This document shows positions 39,077-47,430 of a stretch of 64,000 nucleotides of DNA, piece by piece. The stretch spans positions 1-64,000 of IMG/VR virus record IMGVR_UViG_3300042511_000879; one strand, given 5' to 3'. Both the position numbers and the translations under genes were made by a program. The notes beneath the pieces were generated by a model. The model was given only the letters and a program-made list of their open reading frames with translations. It was not told where the DNA came from and did no database searches. The stretch's first letter is position 1. Each line of letters begins with the position of its first letter.

Positions 39077-39522
39077 TATTTTATAGGATTTTTATTCATT
39101 GCAGCGTCTTGGTTTTTCTCTTGCCAATTGTAAGATACTTTGTCTTCAGTAATAGGTCCACCTTTTGCCCATGTGTAACATGTTCGAGCTGAATGGCATT
39201 TAAAATGATGCATCCAACAGTATCCTAATTTACCATCGTCGTCACTAATCTCGCCAGGCATACAGTCTAACATTCTTGGTGATATGTCGAAAGCAACACA
39301 ATTTCCACATGTTGATTTTTTAGCAGCTTCAACACTAGTATTCCAATGATCAGCTATATGCTCCCAAAAACCTGCAGGTTCATCAACATTAAGAGGTCCA
39401 TATTCAATAAAGTCTGCTTTAATTGCGCGGTCTCTATTATTAGTGTTAACCTTTAAGTCCTTTGTCGGTACAGGGCAACTAGTTGCTTCTTTAAATTCTT
39501 CGAAAAGTTTTATAGTTTTCAT
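39076..39522 (-). CDS. CTS-leader Cys-rich protein, HiPIP-like metal-binding motif
   Basis: MKTIKLFEEFKE; CGNC..F...GYC..H.FKC...TC..W. Confidence 0.65.
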   Translation of the reverse strand: MKTIKLFEEFKEATSCPVPTKDLKVNTNNRDRAIKADFIEYGPLNVDEPAGFWEHIADHWNTSVEAAKKSTCGNCVAFDISPRMLDCMPGEISDDDGKLGYCWMHHFKCHSARTCYTWAKGGPITEDKVSYNWQEKNQDAAMNKNPIK

Positions 39523-39523
39523 A

Positions 39524-40117
39524 TTATTTTACCTTAGGGTATTTAGTCTTAATTTCTTTATAGAATTTCTTGTAATTAGTAGCATTCATGTGGTCTTCAG
39601 CTGCTCTAAGCAAATCATCTAAAGAAGTCCATTGAACATCCGCTAATTGATCTTGTGTTGTTGAAACTTGAGCCATACGATCTAAAATTCCAAAAATAAT
39701 ATCATCTGTTAATTTTGTTTCGGTACTTGGTTTTTCTTTACCTGCTGCTCTTTTAAGTGTCCACCAATCAACTTTCTTTGGAATTTGATATGATACAATT
39801 CCTCTTTGTTGGTCATTGGGACTAGTTTCTCCAGGTTTACCAATATTACTTTTAATATTATCCAGGTCTAAGTTATCATCAAATCCTTTTAATGCCTTTT
39901 GAATATCTTTAGTTGAATCTATATCTGCCATATCTGGTTCACTCCTAAGAAACATTCTATCAGTTGAACTCATATTAAAATAAATTCCTTTAACAGGTGA
40001 AATAGCTTTGATAAATTGTTTTTGATACTCATCAGAATCTAGACCATTGTTATATCCTGGAAAGGTTTGCATCCTAGCTTCACCTACAAATTGTTCAAAT
40101 AATTTGATATGTTTCAT
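39524..40117 (-). CDS. CTS-leader hypothetical protein
   Basis: MKHIKLFEQFVGE. Confidence 0.75.
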   Translation of the reverse strand: MKHIKLFEQFVGEARMQTFPGYNNGLDSDEYQKQFIKAISPVKGIYFNMSSTDRMFLRSEPDMADIDSTKDIQKALKGFDDNLDLDNIKSNIGKPGETSPNDQQRGIVSYQIPKKVDWWTLKRAAGKEKPSTETKLTDDIIFGILDRMAQVSTTQDQLADVQWTSLDDLLRAAEDHMNATNYKKFYKEIKTKYPKVK

Positions 40118-40118
40118 C

Positions 40119-42860
40119 TTACCAAGCGTAATTTTTAGCGTCTACTTTCTTAACGTAGTCAACGATTGTTTTAGAACTTTCTTTCATTCTACCTTCATAG
40201 AATTTTCCGCTATAACCAGATGCAGCCTCTTTTTCAATATCTACAGCGTATGCAACATATCTGTTATATTCATCTAGGATGTTTTTCATTAAGTTAGAAG
40301 CATCGCTCATTTTGATTTCTCTACCTCTAGGGTCTAGTCCAATAATAAGTTCTCCATATTTTCCTTTTTCAGCTTTAGTTAGGGCATCTTTGATTTGTGT
40401 AGCAAGAGTATCAATAGCTCCTAATACAATTGAATCCATCGGCATTTCTGAAGCTTTTTGGGCTAATATTTGGTTATAACGGGCTTTGTTTTCTGCTTTA
40501 AAGTCTTTATCACTTTTAAAAGCAGTAGCTCCACGTTTATCATCGGCTCTTTTTGATACTAATGACGTTGTAGAATATCTTGCTTTAAGGACATCTAAGT
40601 CAATAACATAAACAGTATCGGCTAATTCAGCTACTTTAGTAAGTGAAGTGATTCCAGAACCATCGTATCTTTTACTGTCTCTTTTGTCAAATCCTGCTGC
40701 ATCTTCTCTAGAACTTGCTTTTGATATAGTTTCAGTTTTTGAGTATCTATTATATCCGGTAGAGTACCATTCATTTTGTCCATTAGTCATTGCTAATAGG
40801 GTGTTTGATTGGATAATTCCATTATTGTATCTACTTGGAATTCTACCAGCTTCAATATATGGATTCTCTTTTTGGTTAGTTACTATATAGAAGTAAATTG
40901 CGTTAGCTCTTTTTTCTTTACGAGCAGTTTGAGGGTCCATTTCAATAATGTCATAATCTTCGATTTGGTCAATTGCCAATTTTGAGAAGTTATAGAATGC
41001 TCCTGCAAGGTCTTTAGTACCTGCACTTCCTACAGAGAAAAGGTTAGATAATTTAGCACTTTTAAATGCCTCGTTTAATGTACCTTCATTTAATTTGTTT
41101 TCAACAAATTCTGCGAAAGATTCGTAAATAAATTTTGTTTTCATATCGTTGTTATTTTTGTTTTCGTCTAAGTCAATAACCCAAGCATATTCAACGTACT
41201 TGATAGCGTCTTCAGGATTTACATCCCATTTAAGTGCCGCATCTAATACGATTTTTCTTGTAATTTTGCTATTTGGGTATTTTGCAATTTCTTTTTCAAA
41301 TCCTCCAGGAACCCAAATCTTAGGTGCCTTAGTAGTAGCTTCAAATATTTGCTTTAATCTTCCTTTTAATAGTTTTTTAACCTCTATTGACATATTGGTT
41401 TTATTATTATCGAATTCTTTAGAATTTCCTAATTCTTCTCTATTAAAAGCATTTAATTTATCATCAAAATACTCATCAGCATCAAGGTCTTCTATATTAT
41501 CGTCAACATCTAACCATTCATCATCTACAAATTGTTTAGCTAATTTTTTATAGTTTAATCCTTCATTCATAGTAGCTTCAGAAACCATAACATTTTTAAG
41601 GATTCTTGAACCTGTTTTTGATAGGGTAATTCCATCTTCAGATACATTAAAACACTGAGCGTTTCTTCTCAACCATCTTTTAGAATCTGTAGTCATTTCT
41701 TTAAGAATATTATTAAAATCTTCTTGAGAAAGTTTACCATCTTTAATAGCTTCTAGCATTTTGTTACGAACTTTAGCAGCTTTACCTACAGTAACTGCAG
41801 GATTTTTATCAGTATAATGCCTTTTGATTGTGATGTTTCTTTCATTAACTACTGATTCTTTAATAGCATTTTTAACATCGCCTAATGTAGATATTTCCAT
41901 GTTGGTTGCAACTGTTAAAAAATCAAATGCATCTTCATATTCTCCACGATCCCAGAGTTTGTCAAATTCTTCAATATCATCTTCATCACCGATTAGAGCA
42001 TATCCTGGATCAATTCCAATTTCTTTATTAATAAAGTCGATAGTTTTTTTAATGTCAGATTTTTTAAATCCAGTTTCATTAACTACTGATTCATTTAAAC
42101 CAAACTCTCTGATATCGTTTTGTCCATTGTCAAATGATTTTTGAATAGCCGCTAATGCTTCTTTTCTATCGCTTGCAGATTCAAACCCAATTTCGTCATC
42201 GCTAAATGCTTTTGAATATTTTTTCCATGAGTCTTTTGATAAATCAGCAACTTTTCTTAAGTTGATTACTGTAGATTCTATACGGTATTTTGAAGCAGTT
42301 CCGGATGGGTAATTGTTAGTTGATAAACCTAAAACTAAATTAGCCTCATCTAAAGAAGATTCTTTAATAATTTTATCATCTTTATGGAAAATGTATTCCA
42401 TTTTCTTACCAGTTTTCTTAAATTCACCGCTATAAGAAACTTCTCCATCTTTATTTTTAAAAACTTTATCAACTACAAATTCTCCATCAGATGAAGCGTA
42501 AGGAATTACAATACTTCCTTTTTTAACAGTAGCTTCATTTGTAACTGATTCTGATAATTTATTAAGATTTTTAACAATAGTATCTACTGAATCATTCCAT
42601 TTACCATAAACAGGACTTCCAGGTACGGCATTGTTTACAACATCACCATTTGCATGTATAGTATAAGAACCTCCATCGAACTCTTCTCCATTACAATCGA
42701 TGTCGAATGAATCCTCTTCTAATGTTCTAGTGTTAACGGTGCATTTGCTACCATCTGCCTTTGAAAGGGCTTTAGCATAAAGTTCTGCAACTTTTTTAGT
42801 TTTTTCTACAGATAACCCCATCGGTTTAGAGCTTTCGTTTAAGAATTGATCAAAATTCAT
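40119..42860 (-). CDS. Modular internal-head polyprotein (913 aa)
   Basis: MNFDQFLNE leader; repeated ESVTNE/ESVVNE linkers; late promoter. Confidence 0.65.
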   Translation of the reverse strand: MNFDQFLNESSKPMGLSVEKTKKVAELYAKALSKADGSKCTVNTRTLEEDSFDIDCNGEEFDGGSYTIHANGDVVNNAVPGSPVYGKWNDSVDTIVKNLNKLSESVTNEATVKKGSIVIPYASSDGEFVVDKVFKNKDGEVSYSGEFKKTGKKMEYIFHKDDKIIKESSLDEANLVLGLSTNNYPSGTASKYRIESTVINLRKVADLSKDSWKKYSKAFSDDEIGFESASDRKEALAAIQKSFDNGQNDIREFGLNESVVNETGFKKSDIKKTIDFINKEIGIDPGYALIGDEDDIEEFDKLWDRGEYEDAFDFLTVATNMEISTLGDVKNAIKESVVNERNITIKRHYTDKNPAVTVGKAAKVRNKMLEAIKDGKLSQEDFNNILKEMTTDSKRWLRRNAQCFNVSEDGITLSKTGSRILKNVMVSEATMNEGLNYKKLAKQFVDDEWLDVDDNIEDLDADEYFDDKLNAFNREELGNSKEFDNNKTNMSIEVKKLLKGRLKQIFEATTKAPKIWVPGGFEKEIAKYPNSKITRKIVLDAALKWDVNPEDAIKYVEYAWVIDLDENKNNNDMKTKFIYESFAEFVENKLNEGTLNEAFKSAKLSNLFSVGSAGTKDLAGAFYNFSKLAIDQIEDYDIIEMDPQTARKEKRANAIYFYIVTNQKENPYIEAGRIPSRYNNGIIQSNTLLAMTNGQNEWYSTGYNRYSKTETISKASSREDAAGFDKRDSKRYDGSGITSLTKVAELADTVYVIDLDVLKARYSTTSLVSKRADDKRGATAFKSDKDFKAENKARYNQILAQKASEMPMDSIVLGAIDTLATQIKDALTKAEKGKYGELIIGLDPRGREIKMSDASNLMKNILDEYNRYVAYAVDIEKEAASGYSGKFYEGRMKESSKTIVDYVKKVDAKNYAW

Positions 42861-42884
42861 ATGATTTTTATATTTATTTATGTT

Positions 42885-44756
42885 TTATATATCTTTGTTA
42901 ATAAATTGTTCGAATGTCATGATTTCATTAGTAACTGATTCTGTAACAACTCCCATTGCATCTTCAATTTTAGATTTAAGTTCATTATACATCGAATGAA
43001 CTGCCTTTGGTGTTAGATTGTTAAATTGTTTTTCATTACCATCTAATAGAGCATTTCTAACTGCAGTAGCCGAAATATCATCGTCAGTTCTTGGAATTTC
43101 AAAAAGTCCAAAATCAGCTCTACAATTTAATTGGTCTCTATAAGAATCATTATTAACTTGATAACCATAGCTTGTCATTCTATCACTTCCCGTTCCCCAA
43201 AGTACTGGCTCATATTTAGGTCTCATTTCATTAAACATGATATCGATACCTCCAGTTGGAACTACAAATATTTCTTTTAAGAATGGATATTGTTTTTTAA
43301 CATGATTGAACATATCGATTTGGGTCTTTTCATCGTATGGTCTGCTAAATTCATCACCTTTCTTTTTGGTTTTTGATTTAACTAGGAATACAACTACTGG
43401 AAATCCATTCTCTTTATGTATAGTTTCTAAAACTTTTGCATGGCCTAATGTAAACGGCTGGAATCTTCCAACAAACATATTTACTGGTTGTTTTCCTTGT
43501 TCAACATGAGTAAGTTTAAGTGCCTCGTTTAAATTAACTGAAGATTTGATTTTATCACGCAACATAAAATTTTGGTAGTCATAGATTGCATTTTCATCAG
43601 TGTTTTCAACAAATATTTTATCGTTGATTTTTTCAATAATTTCGTTTAAACGTTCCATAGTATCTTGGTCTATTAAATCTGAAGTTTTAGTTCTTTTCTT
43701 TCTAAAAGAACCTAAAATCATTTTAAAAAGTTCTGCTAGAATATCGTTAGAAACATATTTTAAGGTTTTTTCATCGGTAATATACTTTGAGTTTAATTTA
43801 AAAGATTCTGCTGATGAAAATTCAGCGCTTTCAAAATTAACTCCAATATATTTTGAAGAGTTCTTGTCAACATATTCATTAAATATAATTGACATTATTT
43901 CAAGATATCGATAATCTGCTCGGTCATCTTCAAGCTGTACTTCATCGATCTTAAATTGAGTTATAAATTCTAAAAAGTCGGTGACTGCAATTTGATACAT
44001 GTGACTTGAAGAGTTATCAATTGGATTTTTTCTTGTAAAATCTTCTAATTTAAAAGATTTTATAGATTTTTCATCGATAAAATTAACAACCAATCCATCG
44101 AATTCCTCATCAATATCAGAATTTAGGGCAGTTTCAAAAGCACTAGGATTAAAAAGTTTAACTATTTTACTGGTAAAACTTAATTTGTCCTTTGTTTCTG
44201 GTAAATAGTCGAATGATTCACTAAATTCTCTATCACTCATTCCAAGCAATTCTAGTAACTCATCTCTTTGTAATTGAGATAAATAGCCATCAAATAATAT
44301 GCTTGGCTGTTGAACATCAAGAATTTTTGCCCATTTATTTAAGATTACCGGGTCATTAATAGTTTTCTTAACTTTATTACCTTCTCCAAGTTGTTGGATA
44401 TGCGTTAAGATTAAATTATTTTTTGGAGTTTTTATGTATTTAATTTTAGATACATTAACTTCTGGTAGGTATTCAAAACCAAATCTCCAATCAATTGGCA
44501 TTTGATTTTTAGTAGCACTTGGTAAACTTTGCATGTAGTTGATTGCAATCTCATATAGAGATATAATTGTTCTATCAACTAAATTTAGTTTGTCTGAATT
44601 TGAAGATTTAAAATATTCAAATCCATCAAGATTTCTTTTAACAAGAAATGTAGGCGCAGAAACTTTCTCAGTTACTAACACCCTATTTTTTAACATCTCA
44701 ATAAAGGTTTCTCTATTGGTTTCGTTAAAATACTCTCTTAATTTTTGTAATGCCAT
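42885..44756 (-). CDS. Cytidyltransferase-like (HIGH nucleotidyltransferase) protein with degenerate ligase-like N-terminal domain
   Basis: FVGRFQPFTLGH, GSDR, ISATAVR; N-terminal VTEKVSA...FDGLVV. Confidence 0.75.
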   Translation of the reverse strand: MALQKLREYFNETNRETFIEMLKNRVLVTEKVSAPTFLVKRNLDGFEYFKSSNSDKLNLVDRTIISLYEIAINYMQSLPSATKNQMPIDWRFGFEYLPEVNVSKIKYIKTPKNNLILTHIQQLGEGNKVKKTINDPVILNKWAKILDVQQPSILFDGYLSQLQRDELLELLGMSDREFSESFDYLPETKDKLSFTSKIVKLFNPSAFETALNSDIDEEFDGLVVNFIDEKSIKSFKLEDFTRKNPIDNSSSHMYQIAVTDFLEFITQFKIDEVQLEDDRADYRYLEIMSIIFNEYVDKNSSKYIGVNFESAEFSSAESFKLNSKYITDEKTLKYVSNDILAELFKMILGSFRKKRTKTSDLIDQDTMERLNEIIEKINDKIFVENTDENAIYDYQNFMLRDKIKSSVNLNEALKLTHVEQGKQPVNMFVGRFQPFTLGHAKVLETIHKENGFPVVVFLVKSKTKKKGDEFSRPYDEKTQIDMFNHVKKQYPFLKEIFVVPTGGIDIMFNEMRPKYEPVLWGTGSDRMTSYGYQVNNDSYRDQLNCRADFGLFEIPRTDDDISATAVRNALLDGNEKQFNNLTPKAVHSMYNELKSKIEDAMGVVTESVTNEIMTFEQFINKDI

Positions 44757-44777
44757 CTCTTTGTTTTTATTAATTAA

Positions 44778-45245
44778 TTATGATGAACTTTTTGATACTT
44801 CAAATACTCTTCGTTGTTCGTCTAAATAAACTTTAGTATCTACCCAAATAGAACCTAACTTTGTTTCTTTCTTAGGGTCAGTTATATCAGTAAATGTCAA
44901 TAGGGTTACATTAACCTCTTCTCCTCTTTTAGACTGTAGTGCTAATTGATAATCATTCAACCAATACTGTGAATTGTGAATTCTGTATTTTGGAGTATCG
45001 ATGATATTTCCATGTGGTTTTACTTCAAAATATTGATAGTGAACAAACATAGTTTCTCCTTCAAAATCCCAAATCCATTCCATTGCCGTATCTGTTGTTT
45101 TTGCAGTAAGTGGCATTAATTTCTTAAAGAATGTTTCGTCTAATGAATTAGATTTCTTTAATACTTCAGGTTTAAAGTTATTAATTGTTGATTCATATAG
45201 TTGTCTAGTTTCAACAAATTTTTCGAATAGTTTTACGTGTTTCAT
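44778..45245 (-). CDS. CTS-leader hypothetical protein
   Basis: MKHVKLFEKFVE at 45245. Confidence 0.7.
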   Translation of the reverse strand: MKHVKLFEKFVETRQLYESTINNFKPEVLKKSNSLDETFFKKLMPLTAKTTDTAMEWIWDFEGETMFVHYQYFEVKPHGNIIDTPKYRIHNSQYWLNDYQLALQSKRGEEVNVTLLTFTDITDPKKETKLGSIWVDTKVYLDEQRRVFEVSKSSS

Positions 45246-45246
45246 T

Positions 45247-46536
45247 TTATCTTCCATATTTTATAATTCCCATCAACTGATTAATCGCAGCGAATGTTCC
45301 TGTTAATTTGTACATGTGTCCTTTGTATGAAAATACAATACCTTCAGTCGGTATAATAGATTGGATTCCTCCAATTCTTTCAAGTCTATCAAGTTCTTTT
45401 GCAACTTTCTCGATTTGAGTAAGGTCTCCATTTAGTTTAATTTTATCGGCTTCAGTTCTGATTTCATTATGTAGCCTTTGCATTTCTTTTTCAGGAGAAG
45501 CAGCAACAAAGTTACTTGCATTCTTTAAGATAACACTTCCAAGTTCTAAGAAAAGGTCTTCAAATGGTCTAATGTTTTCTTTGAATTTTACTTTAAAGTC
45601 TTCTTTGTCAAATTTCTTAACAGCATCTGATTGTTGTTTTGTTAATTCTTTGTCTAAAGAGCGCATGTTTAATGTTTTCTTATCATCATATGCCCATCTA
45701 AGTAATAATCCTTCTTTAATATTTTGTGGATATTCTCCGAATAAATTTTCAATTTGCTCTCTCCACCACATTTCATGGTATCTTGCAACTGCATCAGCAT
45801 CTGTTAATTTATAACGATTTTTAAGAGCATCAAGTTTTCCTAGGAATTTAGACTGATTCTCTTCAAAATTCATATCTTTTTGTAGTTTAATAACCTGCGG
45901 AGGGATTATTGTAAATGTTTTTCCAATATCAGCGTTTAGGGATTTAAGTACTCCAGTAACACTTTTTGCCGCACTATTGTCATCTCCAACTATATTTCCT
46001 GCACCATCAGTTTTCTTGATACCATGGAATTGAATTACATCAACATCGTAGTGAATTACATTAGGATTTGCAGAATATATCAACTCCATGTTCATGAAGT
46101 TTAGGCCATTCTGGAACACTTCCTCTTGTGTTTTTGCCGGCAACTTTATAAGCAGGGTTGCTAAATCAGCGGCTGCAAATTGGAAAGTATCTTGTACTAA
46201 TTTGCTAGCATGTCCCTCAAATTTATTTTGGAAATCCTTAAGGCTCATAGGATTTTGCAACTCAGTTTTATTTCTGGCAAATTTAACTTCACCATTTTGA
46301 ATAGTTGCAAATACGTTTTGACCGTCTGTTTTTTCAGTAGGTTCCTCTTCAAAGTTCAATTCACCTTGAAGTCCACCAATAATCATATTCTTGAAGTCTC
46401 CGAATGTTAGGTCATTATTATCGAATGGATGGGACATGTGTCCAGCAGCTCCACCTTCTAATAGTAACTGTTCATTCAATTTAACTTCATACTTTTCAGT
46501 TATGAATCGATTAAAATTAAGGATTCTTGTTTTCAT
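45247..46536 (-). CDS. Polynucleotide-ligase-fold nucleotidyltransferase (DUF6267-like)
   Basis: EGGAAGHMSHPFD, motif I TEKTDG, motif IV PTEGIVF, YKLTG.F..INQ. Confidence 0.65.
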   Translation of the reverse strand: MKTRILNFNRFITEKYEVKLNEQLLLEGGAAGHMSHPFDNNDLTFGDFKNMIIGGLQGELNFEEEPTEKTDGQNVFATIQNGEVKFARNKTELQNPMSLKDFQNKFEGHASKLVQDTFQFAAADLATLLIKLPAKTQEEVFQNGLNFMNMELIYSANPNVIHYDVDVIQFHGIKKTDGAGNIVGDDNSAAKSVTGVLKSLNADIGKTFTIIPPQVIKLQKDMNFEENQSKFLGKLDALKNRYKLTDADAVARYHEMWWREQIENLFGEYPQNIKEGLLLRWAYDDKKTLNMRSLDKELTKQQSDAVKKFDKEDFKVKFKENIRPFEDLFLELGSVILKNASNFVAASPEKEMQRLHNEIRTEADKIKLNGDLTQIEKVAKELDRLERIGGIQSIIPTEGIVFSYKGHMYKLTGTFAAINQLMGIIKYGR

Positions 46537-46543
46537 ATTTTAA

Positions 46544-47092
46544 TTACTTTGCAACTCTGTTGCTTTTAATGTTTTCCATTGCGATATCATCAATCAATCT
46601 TGTAAAAGAACTTAGGGTTGCAGCGGTATAAAATCCATCTTCACCAGGACCTGCATTGTTTGCTCCTACTTTATAAGCTTGAATGTGTCCAGCAAGTTCT
46701 AATGCTGCATCTCCCCATCCGGTGTCATTTCCTCCATTAGATTTAGCACGTTTAATTGCATCATTAGTAAGTGCTACTAAATCGTTTGCACCTCTAAATG
46801 CTTCGGGTTTTTTACTACTTTTCTTACCAGAAACGTTATTGTGTTCAATATCATCAAGGCCCATATTATTAACCAGTTCTTGGAATAATGATGGTGTTTG
46901 TGGACCATACCATTTGTCTGCCTTTGGGTCAATAGTACTATCAATATATTTTCCAAGGTCTGTTAGGTAATCAAGTACATTTTGACCATTACCGCCACGT
47001 GCAAATATTTTTTTAGAGGCGTCTTTTACGTATTTTACGTAGTCATTTTTTCCTTCGTTAATAAATTGTTCGAATAATTGTATGTGTTTCAT
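46544..47092 (-). CDS. CTS-leader hypothetical protein
   Basis: MKHIQLFEQFINE. Confidence 0.75.
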   Translation of the reverse strand: MKHIQLFEQFINEGKNDYVKYVKDASKKIFARGGNGQNVLDYLTDLGKYIDSTIDPKADKWYGPQTPSLFQELVNNMGLDDIEHNNVSGKKSSKKPEAFRGANDLVALTNDAIKRAKSNGGNDTGWGDAALELAGHIQAYKVGANNAGPGEDGFYTAATLSSFTRLIDDIAMENIKSNRVAK

Positions 47093-47093
47093 A

Positions 47094-47366
47094 TTATAAA
47101 TTGCTTAGTTTATTGTTTAAATCAAGTATTGCAGAATTAATTTTTATTTTCTGATTATCAAGTTCAAGAAGTGACATTTTAAGAGTTGCTATTTGCGCTT
47201 GAATTGCAGATTTTGGGTCATCTACCTTTTGATTCAAATCATTTACTTTATTTCTAAGTTCTTTTCTTTTTAGGAATATGTCGTGTGATTTAGCCGACAA
47301 ATCAGATCTTGCATCTGTATAGTCAGATTCATTTAAGAACTCTTCAAATAAGTTAATGTGTTTCAT
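47094..47366 (-). CDS. CTS-leader coiled-coil protein
   Basis: MKHINLFEEFLNE at 47366. Confidence 0.72.
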   Translation of the reverse strand: MKHINLFEEFLNESDYTDARSDLSAKSHDIFLKRKELRNKVNDLNQKVDDPKSAIQAQIATLKMSLLELDNQKIKINSAILDLNNKLSNL

Positions 47367-47430
47367 AGTGTAAATATAATAAAAATACCTGACATGGTAA
47401 AACATCAGGTATTATTTATTTGAATTATTT

